64,000 bases of DNA from assembly GCF_030684315.1 (NCBI RefSeq), contig NC_081361.1, positions 51,753,553 through 51,817,552 on the forward strand. Reading direction: 5' to 3'. Source of the stretch: Stegostoma tigrinum. Lineage: Eukaryota. Position numbers and translations under genes: made by a program. The notes under the pieces are model-generated. The model did no database searches. It saw only the letters and a program-made list of their open reading frames with translations, and was not told where the DNA came from. Each line of letters starts with the position of its first letter. Position 1 is the first letter of the stretch. This document shows, one piece after another, positions 37,671 to 49,561 of this stretch.

Positions 37671-37751
37671 CTTTATCCTGTCAATACTAGCTTCTACTTT
37701 AAGCTGTCGAACTGCCCTTTTCGCTTGCGCTATGCTATTTGTACTAGCCAT
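37671..37751 (-). CDS. GNG12: G protein gamma-12, first coding exon (exon starts at 37778)
   Basis: MASTNSIAQAKRAVRQLKVEASIDRIK|gtaagg, phase 0 with the last exon; acceptor ttttttgcttcag ends at 37779; ATG in strong Kozak context ACAATGG. Confidence 0.9.
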
Positions 37752-38789
37752 TGTTGACGATATTTTGAAAGTTAAAGCCTGAAGCAAAAAAACATAAGTA
37801 AGATAGTGAAACAAAGAAAATTTTAAAATAAATATATATTTTATGCAACATTGTGCTTGTAAAACACACCTAAACTTGGTTGAGAAGCCAACGATGTTTT
37901 TCAGAGATACGAAGGGCAAATTCTGCAAACGATAAATAATTTCCACATCAAGAAATGTGGAGGATCAAAACCCACTTTGTCCTTTACAGTAAACAATTGT
38001 TCAGACTGTTAGCTTGCATCTACTTCCAATTGCTTCTTTCCATTTCCACAAAGATATTTGATCAGATTTCCAAAAAAGGAGAATAATATTTTCAGCTGTC
38101 CTCCAGTGTGTGTCACTACAATCATTGATAATTTGATACCTCGACATGTTCATACAATACTAATTGCGACAATGTAGGATCACTGGCTTCTCCTTGTGAT
38201 GAATGGGAAATTAGAGAATCAAATTAATTTTTGATTTAAGCAGCCCAAGGTCAAATGTGAACTCTTATCTGTGGCATATTACTAAGCGTGAAAAGGGAGA
38301 CTTGCTTTTTTTTTGCAAAAATCTTATGTAACATTACAACATTCCAAAAGCCTTTACAGCCAATTAAACACTTCTCACACAAAAAAACAGAAAACGCAGA
38401 AACCAATGAACAAATCAAACATCTGTGGAGAAAGCAGAATTCATATTTCAGATTAACGAACTTGCATGAATTATCTTTCAACAAGTTTTTGAAACTGATT
38501 CCAAAAGTAGTAAGAGCAAGCACTTTTTTTCTTTAAAAAAAAATCTGATTTCCTCATCAGATAACACAATCATTCCAGGTACCAATCTAGTAAATCACTT
38601 TGAATTGTCTTCAACACATTTACATCTTTCCTTACATAAGGACATTAAAACCGCAAAGATTTGAGATGTGGTCTCACCGATTGCCCTGTCTAACCTAAGT
38701 TTAACATCCTTACTTCTATGTTCAATTCCTCTTGTAATTAGCCTTAATCGCCATACCCGCATGTCAACATTTTGATGATTGAATATCAA

Positions 38790-39920
38790 CAAGGTTCCAT
38801 GCAGTATACTGGTTAGTCATGTTAGATCATAAGGCATCCAGGGGGAGCTAACCAACTGGATACAAAATTGGCTTGAAGGTAGGAGACAAACGGTGGTGGT
38901 GGAGGGTTGTTTTCAGATTGGAGGCCTGTGACCAGCAGTGTGGCACAAGGATCGGTGCTGGGTCCACTGCTTTGAGTCATTTATCTAAATCATTTGGATA
39001 GAACATAGGAAATATGGTTAGTAAGTTTGCAGATGACAAAAAAGTAGGTGGTGTAATGAAGGGAGTTATCTCAGTACAATGGGATCTTGATTAGACGCGC
39101 CAATTAACCAAGGAGTGGCAAATGGAATTTAATTTAGATAAATGTGAAGTGCTGCATTTTGGTAAGGCAAACCAGGGCAGGGCTTCTACAGTTAATGATT
39201 GGACCCTGGGGAGTGTTGCCAAACAAAGTGACCTAGGGGTGCAGGTGCATAGCTCCTTGAAAGTAAAGTTGCAGGTAGACAGGATAGTGAAGGTGGCGTT
39301 TGGCACACCTGCCTTCATTGATCATAACATTGAGTAAGAGGGTTAGGATGCAAAGTTGCAGCTGTACAGGACATTAGCAAGGCCACTTTTGGAACACAGT
39401 GTACAATTCTGGTGGCCCTTCTATAGTAGTGGTGGTGGTATTGAACTCGAGGTGGTGCAGAAAAGATTTACCAGGATGTTGCTGGCACTGGAGGCTTTGA
39501 ATCATCGGGAGAGGCTGAACAAGCTGGGGCTACTTTCCTTCTAAGGTGGGAGGTGGAGGGGTGACCTTGCAGAAGTTAAAAAAAATCCTGAGGCACATGG
39601 ATAAGGTGAATACCCAAGGTTTTTTTACCCCTAGAGTGGGGTGAGTCCAAAGCTAGAGGGCACAGGTTTAAGATGAGAGGAGCAAGATTTAAAAAGGACT
39701 TGAGAGACACCTTTTTCATGCAGAGGGTGGTATGTGTACAGAATGAGCTGCCAGAGGAAGTGGTGGAGGTGAGTAGAATTACACATTTAAAAGGCATTTG
39801 TGATGGTTATATGAATAGGCAGTGTTTGGAGGGATAAGGACCATCTGCTGGCAAATGGGACTAGGTCAGATTGGGATGTCCAGTCAGCACAGATGAGTTG
39901 GGCTGAAGGGTCTGTTTCAG
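38790..39920 (+). mobile_element. CR1 LINE 3' fragment (RT C-terminal half and 3'UTR)
   Basis: VAQGSVLGPLL, SKFADDK, MEFNLDKCEVLHFG, LYRTLARPLLEHSVQFW; frameshifted. Confidence 0.88.
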
Positions 39921-40199
39921 AATCCTGCAGTTATCCTCAGTTTAGGTAATACTCTTCTTATTTGGTCTTCCTGAGAAAAATGAACAAATTCATTTTTTCA
40001 TAGATTACACTTCATCTGTCAGTTCTTCTCTAATTCAAAAATATTCACATCTGTCTACATCTTAATCACAAATACTTGCCTACCTCTGTGTCACCTGCAA
40101 ATTTAGGAATCAAATCTTCCCTCCCCTCATTCAAGTCACTAACCCAACAATAAAGAACTCAAGCCCTGGTAAAGCCCCCCTTTGGACTCGACTTAACAG

Positions 40200-40545
40200 T
40201 AGGTCATGGCCTAGTGGTATTATTGCTGGGCCTTCAAGAGGCTCAAGTTCTATTTTGGGAACCCAGGTTCGAATGCTGCCATGGCAGATGGTGGAATTTT
40301 AGTTCAATAAAAGCAAAAATCTGGAATTAAGACTCTAATGATGACAATTGTTGATTGTCAGACAATTCATCTGGTTCACTTATGTCCTTTAGAAAAGAAA
40401 CTGCCAGGCTTACCCGTCTGTCTACATGACTCCAGACCCATAGCAACGTGACTGACTCTTAACTGCCCTCTGGGAAAACTCCCCTCATGGACAATAAACG
40501 CTGGCTGACCAAGCAACATCTTCATCCCATGAACGAATAAAAAAA
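40200..40545 (+). mobile_element. tRNA-derived SINE; related copies on - at ~16430-16610, ~24550-24820, ~51715-52050
   Basis: A box TGGCCTAGTGG, B box GGTTCGAATGC, A-rich end CCCATGAACGAATAAAAAA. Confidence 0.7.
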
Positions 40546-42449
40546 TACAATGCTGAGATGTTTCCATTAGTGGGAGAATCCTGAACTAAGAAATATATTT
40601 ACAGAATAAGGGGACATTCATGACAGAGAAATTTCATCTCTCAGAGGGTAGCGAATGTCTGCAATTCTCTACTCAAAGTGTTGTGCAGGCTAGGTCATTG
40701 AAAATATTTAAACAGGTAGTAGGTACATTTGTGAAGTCAGGTCAAAGGTTATGAGGAACTGGCACTCTGTGGTTGATGCCTGGGACAAAATCAGCCATGA
40801 CCTTGTCGAATGGAAGGCTAGGCTTGAGGGCTGAATGGATTCCACTGCTTCTATTTCTAACTGTTTTATTCATCACATCCTGCCAGTCTGAAAAAGACCC
40901 ATTTATGCATACTCCATTTTTTGTCAGTCAACCAATCTCCCTTCCATATTGTGCAAAGCTCCTCTACCATGAGCTCCTATATTGTGGATTAGCATTTTTT
41001 GGGGCATCTGGTCAAATGCTTCTAGAAATCCAAGTACAGTAATTTACACACATTTATCCACAGCATGTTACTACTTCAAAACATTCCAATAAATGGTTAA
41101 ACATGAATTCATTTTCACAAATATGCTGTATCTGATTATCTTTATTATTTACCTTTACGGTTACCTTTATTTAAAATTTATTTTTATTTAAAATGCCCAG
41201 CTATAACTTCCTCAAATGAACTATATGAACACCCTGCCGACGACAATGTTGAGCTAAGTAGCCTGTGTTTTCTGCTTCCCTTCTTGACTAGAGGGGCTGT
41301 ACTTGCAAATATCCAATCTGCTGGAATCTTTCCTGATACTGGCATGTTTTGGGAAATTAACACCAAAACATCTACCTCATAAGCCTCCTCTTTTAAGGCC
41401 CTGGATGAAAGTTTATCTTTTTGCTTTGTATGAACATATTCAACTATACCCAAAGTATCTCCTCTTTAAAAGCAGCCCGTTTAAATTGTATTTCATTTTA
41501 CTGGGAGTGATCTATTCACTGAATTCAGGCCTCCTTCAAAAGATGCTCGTCTTGTTCCACAGCTAACCTAAACCTGAAGACACTTATGATCACTAAATAA
41601 CCCCCTACCAACACTCGATTCTCCAAAACCCAACTCAGCAATTCCTCGTTGGTCCAGAAATTTACGGATTAAAAAAATTCTTTGAATACTTCAGGAAGTC
41701 CCCTCTCAGATCTTTACACTATATTAAAATATTAAATCAATAATAAACATCAATATTAAAATAAATTAGCTACTTCAGTTGAGGACTCCTTTAGAATCTT
41801 TTTCTTCAATGGCTTTGAGGGTAAAAACCAAAGACAGTTTTGTGAACTAAAACATTTTAACCTCTCACCCCAAATTTACTTTTGCCAATGCACCCAAGCC
41901 ACCAGCAAGGCAGATGAACTAAATTTAAGTCTTTACCCAAAGTGGAGTTAGCAATGGAAAACAGATCAGAATGACCCAAATCCTGGTTTTCTTTGTTTCA
42001 CAATATCTTTTTGCAAGCCTACTGTCACTATCAGGCCTATGTCAAATCTCTACAATTGCACTTCATGTTTATCCAGGAAGATCTATATATCACTTAGGTA
42101 TCTGGTAACTTTCCTATCAGCAATGTCAGAACTTGACCTCAGCAAAAGATAGCAATTATTTCAGCAGTGAAATAACTAGGAATTTTCACAAGTGATTGAG
42201 GATACAGCTTTTGTAGGAAGTTTATTTCTCGGTCAATTCAATTTTCTTTTTCCTGATGCCCTTCTAATAAAAATAAAAATATTCTCCAAATATTTGATCA
42301 GCTTAGCAAAGATTCAAAATATATCTCAAATAACACACATTTTGCTACATTCTGTTAAATAAACATGCAAATGACATCAATGGACAGGGCTGTAATTTAT
42401 ACAGACATAAAATAAAGTTGTGACCTTGGGGCAACAGGGTATGCATTAA

Positions 42450-42809
42450 AGATAATGGGAACTGCAGATGCTGGAGAATTCCAAGATAATAAAATGTGAG
42501 GCTGTATGAACACAGCAGGCCAAGCAGCATCTCAGGAGCACAAAAGCTGACGTTTCGGGCCTAGACCCTTCATCAGAGAGGGGGATGGGGAGAGGGAACT
42601 GGAATAAATAGGGAGAGAGGGGGAGGCGGACCGAAGATGGAGAGTAAAGAAGATAGGTGGAGAGAGTGTAGGTGGGGATAGGTCAGTCCAGGGAAGACGG
42701 ACAGGTCAAGGAGGTGGGATGAGGTTAGTAGGTGGCTGGGGGTGTGGCTTAGGGTGGGAGGAAGGGATGGGTGAGAGGAAGAACCGGTTAGGGAGGCAGA
42801 GACAGGTTG
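42450..42809 (-). mobile_element. Penelope-like 3' terminal fragment with intact hammerhead motif (42549-42576)
   Basis: Near-identical to 4994-5370; minus strand CTGATGAAGGGTCTAGGCCCGAAACGTC. Confidence 0.85.
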
Positions 42810-43134
42810 ACAACTATATCTCACAAAGTTGAGCAGTTAATGCTGAAAAGCACATAACATTAGCCAAGGTAACAGTGTAATTTATGAAAATTATTTTCTT
42901 TCCGCCACTGATTTACATTTATATAGTGGAAAGCATCCAAAATCTCAAAACATAAGGACAACAAATAAGAATTAAATGGAGAGTATTTAGAGTCCCGACA
43001 ATTTTTCTCAACGTTAGTCAATTGCATGAAGCGTCTGGTGGGAACAAACTTAAACAACTTGCACACGTTTTGTTTCATCTAGGATTTGACATTTGTCAGG
43101 ATTTGATGGGTAAAAAAATTGGTACAGTCAAAAA

Positions 43135-44255
43135 TCATGTTATCAAAGAGCAAAGCAGCACAGGAACAAGCCCTTCATCTCTCCAAGCCCGCACCGACAC
43201 ATTTGCCCTTCCATGCTCACACCAGCTTCACTTACAGGATCCATTTCCCTCAATTCCCTTCTTATTCATGTATGTGCCCAGGTACATCTTGAATGCTATT
43301 GTGTCTGTTTCCACCATCTACTCTGGCAACCAGTTCCAGGCACTGACCACCCTTGATGTGAAAAACATGCCTCGCACATTGGACCTGTGACGCTTAGTAA
43401 TGACCGCTACACACCAAGGAAAAAGCCTCATACTTTCCACTATATTCATGCCATACACAATCTTATAAACTTGTCAGGTCACCCCTCAACCTCTTGCAAA
43501 CCAGTGAAAACAAACCCAGTCTATCTCCAAACTTTCTACATCGCTAAAATCCTCCACATCAGGCAACATACTGGTAAACCTTTTCTATACCCTCTTCATA
43601 TCTACATCCTTCCGGTAGGAGTGGTGAGCAGTACTGTATGCAATATACCAAAGTGTGGCCTAACTAAAGTTCCATACAACCGCAGAATTAACTTGTCTGT
43701 CCATATATGCTCAATGCCCCTTCCAAAGGTGGCAAGCACAACTACCTTGTCTACCTGCCACCTTCTGTGGATCTGCACACCCAGATTCCTCCACACATCA
43801 ATATTCCTAAAAAGGTTCTCCTTTCACTGCCTAATTCCACCTGCACTTGATTTTCCAAAATGCATCACCACACATTTGTCTGCATTAAAATCCATCTGCC
43901 ATTTTTCTGCCCATGCCTCCTACTGATCTACGTCCTGCTGTATCTCCTGACAATTCTCCTCACTATGTACAACTCCACCAATCTTTGTATCATCCACAAA
44001 CTTGCTAATTAGACCAGCTATGTTTTCTTCTAAATCACTTGCACAGACCACAGACAGAAGACCCGGCACTGTTCACTGTGGAACAAATTAGTCACAACCC
44101 TCCATTCCGAAAAGCATCCTTCCACCACTACCCTCAGTCTTCTATAACTAAGCCAGTTTTGTATCGATCTTGCCTGCTCACCATTGATACCATGTGACTT
44201 AGCTTTTTGTAGCAGTCTGCCAAGGGAGCTTATCAAAGGTTTTACTGAAGTCTGT
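43135..44255 (-). mobile_element. CR1 LINE 3' fragment
   Basis: ORFs GRLLQKAKSHGINGEQARSIQNWLSYRRLRVVVEG and LRLYGTLVRPH. Confidence 0.8.
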
Positions 44256-44595
44256 TATATTACGTATCAGCATATGTATGGAAAGTGAAGAAATATTTTT
44301 GGATAATGAGTGACAGGAAGCACGTAGATGAGAAAAGGTAGGGAAAAGGTAGATTTTGGGGAATGTCAAAAAGGTGCATGAAAATTATCATAACAGAAGA
44401 TACAAACTACATTTGGGCAAAGGAAGAGTGTTGCTAAAAGGACAATGCTACGGAGACAGAGAATGAAAGAAAACCGATAGGGTTTAAGTTTTTGACAAGC
44501 AGATTAACAGTCACGTTCCTTAATGATAAATGGTTCACACCTTTATAATTAGGTTTATTGTCATGTGCACTCAAGAACAGAGTATAATGAAAAGT

Positions 44596-45153
44596 GAGAT
44601 AACAAGGTGTGGAGATGGATGAACACAGCAAGCCAAGCAACATCAGAGGAGCAGGAAAGCTGACGTTTTGGGCCTGGACTCTTCAGAAATGGGGGCGGGA
44701 AAGGGAATTCTGAAATAAAGAAAGGGGGAGGCGGATGGAAGATGGATACAGAACCAGATAGGTAGAGAGGAGACAGACAGGTCAAAAGAGGCAAGGATGG
44801 AGCCATTTAATGTAAGTGTAGGTGGGGAGTTAGTGGCTGGTCTGATGGTAGTAGGGTATCAACGATAACCCACTACCAAACTCCCCACATACGCTCACCT
44901 TTCCTGGCTCCAACCCCACCTATTTGGCCTGTCAGTCTCCTCTCCACCTATCTGCTCCTTTATCCATCTTCTATCCGTCTCCCCCCGCTCTATTTATTTC
45001 AGAATCCCCTTCCCCTACCCCATTTCTGAAGAAGGGTCCAGACCTGTCACATCAGCCTTCCTGCTCCTCTGATGCTGCACAGCCTGCTGTGTTCATCCAG
45101 CTCTACACCTTGTTATCTCAGATTCTCCAGCATCGGCAATTCCCACTATCTCA
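44596..45153. mobile_element. Older, larger inverted two-arm Penelope-terminus insertion
   Basis: Left arm on -, right arm on +, centre near 44862; TSD AATGAAAAGT at 44586-44595 and 45154-45163. Confidence 0.75.
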
Positions 45154-47579
45154 AATGAAAAGTATACAAATGTAACCACACATGGTGCCAACTTAGGTAC
45201 AAAGTGCTAGCTACAAATCTTGGGTACTAAAATATACAAAGATACACAAATAGAGAAGTAAATAAAAATGCCAAAAGTTCTACATTGCAGTTCTTCATAG
45301 CATAAATTAGGAAAATAAGCAAATAAAGTCAAAAGATAGATGTCACAGTCCTTCTACAGCCAGCTGTTGTTCCATGCTGAGAACTTTCCACACCTGGTCT
45401 CACTCTATCCGACATTAAGCTGGTTCCATGCTCGCAAGCCGCTGACCGTCATCTATGACGGATGACTGCACTTGGTCCCAGCCCGCCAACCTCCAGCTGC
45501 CCTAATCTGGATCCCCAGCCTGCCAGCCACTCCGCTCCACTCTGGGGCTGTCCATTCCAGGCCACTGGCCTGGCTGTCCCAGCCTACCGACCACCCCGTT
45601 CTGCCAACTGCTAGCTAACTTGCTCTGTTCCAGCCTGCCAACCTCCCCATTTCAGTCCCTCAGCTACTACGATATTCTGATGCCATCACTGCTGCTCTGT
45701 CCACAATGTAAGTTTAAAAAAAAAAGAGATCCAGGATAAACAACATTTAAAAATTGAAGGGAAAAGAAGTGGACAGAAAGGATTAGGCCTAGGCTGAGCC
45801 TGGACACAGGCTTCACAGCCGCCAGCATCCTGGAAGCAAAGTTCAGTGAAACTGGCTCCTTGCCCTCGTGCCTATTGCAACAAATAATCTACTTGAACTT
45901 TGAAGTCATAAAGTGTGTGTAATAACCTGAAAAACCAGTTAAAAAGTTGACTAGTTTTCGGAAAACACAGTGGTATTTGATTCCCTGAAGTAGCGTCTGC
46001 CAGAACCACTGTTCTTCATCTGCAAATTAATATTGGCCTCAATTCACTGACTACTCATGTGAAATATATAGTGGTACAACACCATATGAAAACAACCGAC
46101 TTGGTTAAATGAATGGTCTATTTTTATCCCCTTGAACAAAATACTTGTGCATAGTTTAAATTTCTTTGGCATCACTGTTCGAACGCCAAAGCTGTGACAG
46201 TAGGGTGGAGGAATTCTTATGGGAATTTTACATGCACGATCTGAGTAATTGGCATACTTGTCTTTCAGCATTCTTGACAGCATTTAATGTTTGTTGTTCA
46301 TACAAAGAATCAGGCCGTTTACTACATTACCTATTAAGAATTTCAAGGGTATTTATTGCAGAATTCTGATTATACCAGTGATTGCTTTAATACTAATCTA
46401 AATTGTGTGTCAGGCATGCCAATCATCATTGTCCCAAGATATCAGAAGTTCCTCAGGAGAGTGTGTCCCAGGTCCAAACCACTTCAATTATTTCAAAAGA
46501 CCTTTCTGCCATCATAAGGGTCAGAATAAGAACGCTTCTTCAGGATCGCACAGATGTTTAGCATCATGCACAGCAATACCTAGACAACATTCAAGCTTGG
46601 GCTGATGAAGTGCCAGGTAGTTACCATCGCTGACAAGAGAATATAATTATTGCCCCTTAATGTTCACTGACAAAACAATTGATTAGTCCCCTACTAATGA
46701 TCCCAGCTTATGTTCACGTTATTACTGGAGAAGTCAGATCCCAGACTGATAGCTAGCTTGAAGGATCGGATTTTGTCTTGTTTTGGTTTTAGTGAAGCAG
46801 TCTCCCACTGAGACATAAATAAACATTGTTACAAATTTCGTTTCAACAAAATAATAAGTTTACTGAACAAAGAAATGAAGATAAAATATATTAAACTAAA
46901 CTAATTACTTACAACTCAAATTCAAAGAACTTTAAATAACAGTGCAAGTATAATCCCATTAAACAGAAAATGCTCTGTTATAAACAAACATTGAAAAATA
47001 AATTTGTATAATACCCAAAACACACCCCTGGTATAGTACCCAAAATACTGTACAATATTCAAAAACATCACTAATAAGATCCAAACCAGAGCCCCTACCT
47101 CTAATATCTTTGAAGATTTAAGCAGTGATTTTTAACTCCTAGACTGGAAATGCTGGTATGGTTTTCTTGGGCTTATGCTTATATTATAACTCTGTTTTAA
47201 GAAACCTCTTCATGGTTTAAATCCAACACAAACTGGGACTAACACTAACTCCTTACTCTAATTAGTCTAGTTTCACTGTATTCTACTCTTCTCAGATACA
47301 GTGGTCTATAATAGCATCTTTATCCAACTACTTTACAGGAGGCAAAACACTCCATCTTTCTCTCAGCTATGAGAGTACATGGAAGGGAAGGTCCTAGGGG
47401 AAGTCAATACAGTTTCAAAAGTAAGTAACCAGGCAGAGTAAAGAAACAGTCAGAAATCTTATTTCAGGTACTGCAGGTAATGGCAAAAATACAGGGGAAT
47501 AAACAGGTGAATAAAGCAATGCTGAAGGGCAGGTAACTCTATATGATCCAAATAAGAACTACATACATACATATAATTG

Positions 47580-48800
47580 TACAGAGTGCAAGGAATGAAT
47601 TTCATGAACTGCAGGCACAATATCAAATCATATTAATAATCATTACTGAAAAAACATCTGCAAAATGATTGAGACTGGTAACTAAATATACCAGTTTAAG
47701 GCTTACACGATAGATACAGAAAATAGCAGGGGAGTGAAGCAGCCTCACAAACAAAATTGCTACAACAGTACAGGAGGATATAATGAGGACAAAGCATTCA
47801 GTGGAGACTGTATGGGTGAAACTGAGGAACCTTAGTGAATCTAAAACTGTAATACGTATTGTGCACAGACCTCCCCTGGCACAGCACTAAAGTGCTGGAT
47901 TCTATAAATGCAGAAATTGGGCAAGTGGGTAGCAAAAGCAGAGTAGTCTTAATTAGAGATTTAAGTTTAACATTGATTGGTAGAGGCAGACAAGAACCCA
48001 GCAGAAAGGTAGTGAATTTTTGAAGTGCGCTTGGGATATTTAATAATGACTAAGATAATGGAACTGAAAGTCACATACACAAATTTGCTATGACACAAAA
48101 TTAGGCAGAATTGTAGACACCATAAAATTACAGAGGGATATTGACAGACTACATGAATAGGCAAAACAGTAGATGAAGTTAATGTAAGAAGGTGAGAGGT
48201 TATCCATTTTGGACCATCTGTACTTTCCAGATGGTCTGAAGTTAAGCACATGGTTATCCAAGCAGACTTGGATTTTGAGATGCACAGATTTTAAAACTGG
48301 CAAGAACAGGTATGAAAAATAATCCAAATGGTTATCAGTGTTGGCCTTTCCATCTTGAGGACTAGAGCACAAGGACACAGAAGTTACGCTGCAGCTACAC
48401 AAAACCCTGGCTGGATCCCAATTAGAGAACTAAGAGCAGATTTGGGCACCAGACGCAGGGAAGGATATACTGGACTCAGAGTGCACTGTAGGTTTACAAG
48501 AATGATGCATGGACTTCCGAGATGAGATGAGATGAGATTATACAGATTAGGTGTATTTTCTCTAGGATTTAGAAGATTAAGGGATGATCTGATCAAAGTC
48601 TTCAAAACAGGGTAAATAAAGATAAACCACCATTAGTTAGAGATTCTAGAATGACGACCAGACTTTTCAGAAGTTAGAGACCTCTAGACAAAGGGTGGTA
48701 GAGGTTTGGAACTCATTTACAAACAGCTGATGCTAGATTATTTGTTAATTTTAAATCAGAGTGTTTAATAGTTTTTCCTTGTTTGGTGGGATATAGGAAG
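47580..48800 (+). mobile_element. Degraded CR1-type LINE
   Basis: Decayed APE region (VETVWVKLRN) and ORF2 C-terminus (VHCRFTRMMHGL). Confidence 0.55.
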
Positions 48801-48809
48801 GAGAATACC

Positions 48810-49130
48810 AGTTTCAAAATCTCCCCACCTCTAGCCTCATTCCATGACCAACCCTCCCTCTCATCCCGGCCTCCTTGACCTGACACCTGTCCTTCTTCTC
48901 TCCCGCCTATCTGCCCCTCTCACTTCATTAACCAATTCCACCACTCCCTAACTGCCTCACCTATCACCATCCCACCTACCATTCACAGCACCACCAGTCC
49001 TCCCTCAATTTGTTTCAGAGCTCCCTACCCCCTCCCACATTTGTGAATGGTCCTGACCTGAAATGTAAACTTTCCTGCTCCTCTCTTGCTGCCTGGCCTG
49101 CTGTGTTCCTCCAGCTCCACACTCATCTTG
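48810..49130 (+). mobile_element. Old Penelope-like 3' terminal fragment
   Basis: TTTCAAAATCTCCCC...GACCTGAAATGT...CCTGCTGTGTTCCTCCAGC, colinear with younger termini. Confidence 0.65.
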
Positions 49131-49561
49131 GAAACCTCAAAATACTTTCCAGAATAAAATTCTCAAACTTTGAGAAATGAAGCTGAAATAAGTGAATCTA
49201 AAAACTACGTACCACTCACTTAGTATTTCCTGATGCAACTATACATAAATTAGATGTTGTTGACTGAATTAAGGGTCGAGGCCCGAAACATCAGCTTTTG
49301 TGCTCCTGAGATGCTGCTTGGCCTGCCGTGTTCATCCAGCTTCACACCAATGTTAAGTACATTTGTTTTGTAGGGGTGGATAGAGGGAGAAGAAGAATCT
49401 CTTACTTAGTGACTACCGTACACTAATGTTAGCTCATCACTCACACTGACGTCTGCTCATAACTGAACTTGCACTGCATTCTGATTCTACGTAAATGGCC
49501 CATTTTTCTGCTTAGATAGACCAGTCATTTTATTGATACCTCAATGTACAGGGCTGCAGGA

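Noticed and set aside
34112-37751. Calling the G-gamma gene GNG7 (68 aa, ends KKPCIIL)
   Set aside because: Internal residues (KASADL, EEHAKSD, GIPTSEN), the ISST relic upstream and the GADD45A neighbour fit GNG12 better; a tree would be decisive
45175-47350. Possible additional elements (GC-richer patch 45400-45700; AT-rich LTR-like stretch 46730-47350)
   Set aside because: No coding motif, terminal repeat or TSD I could verify by eye
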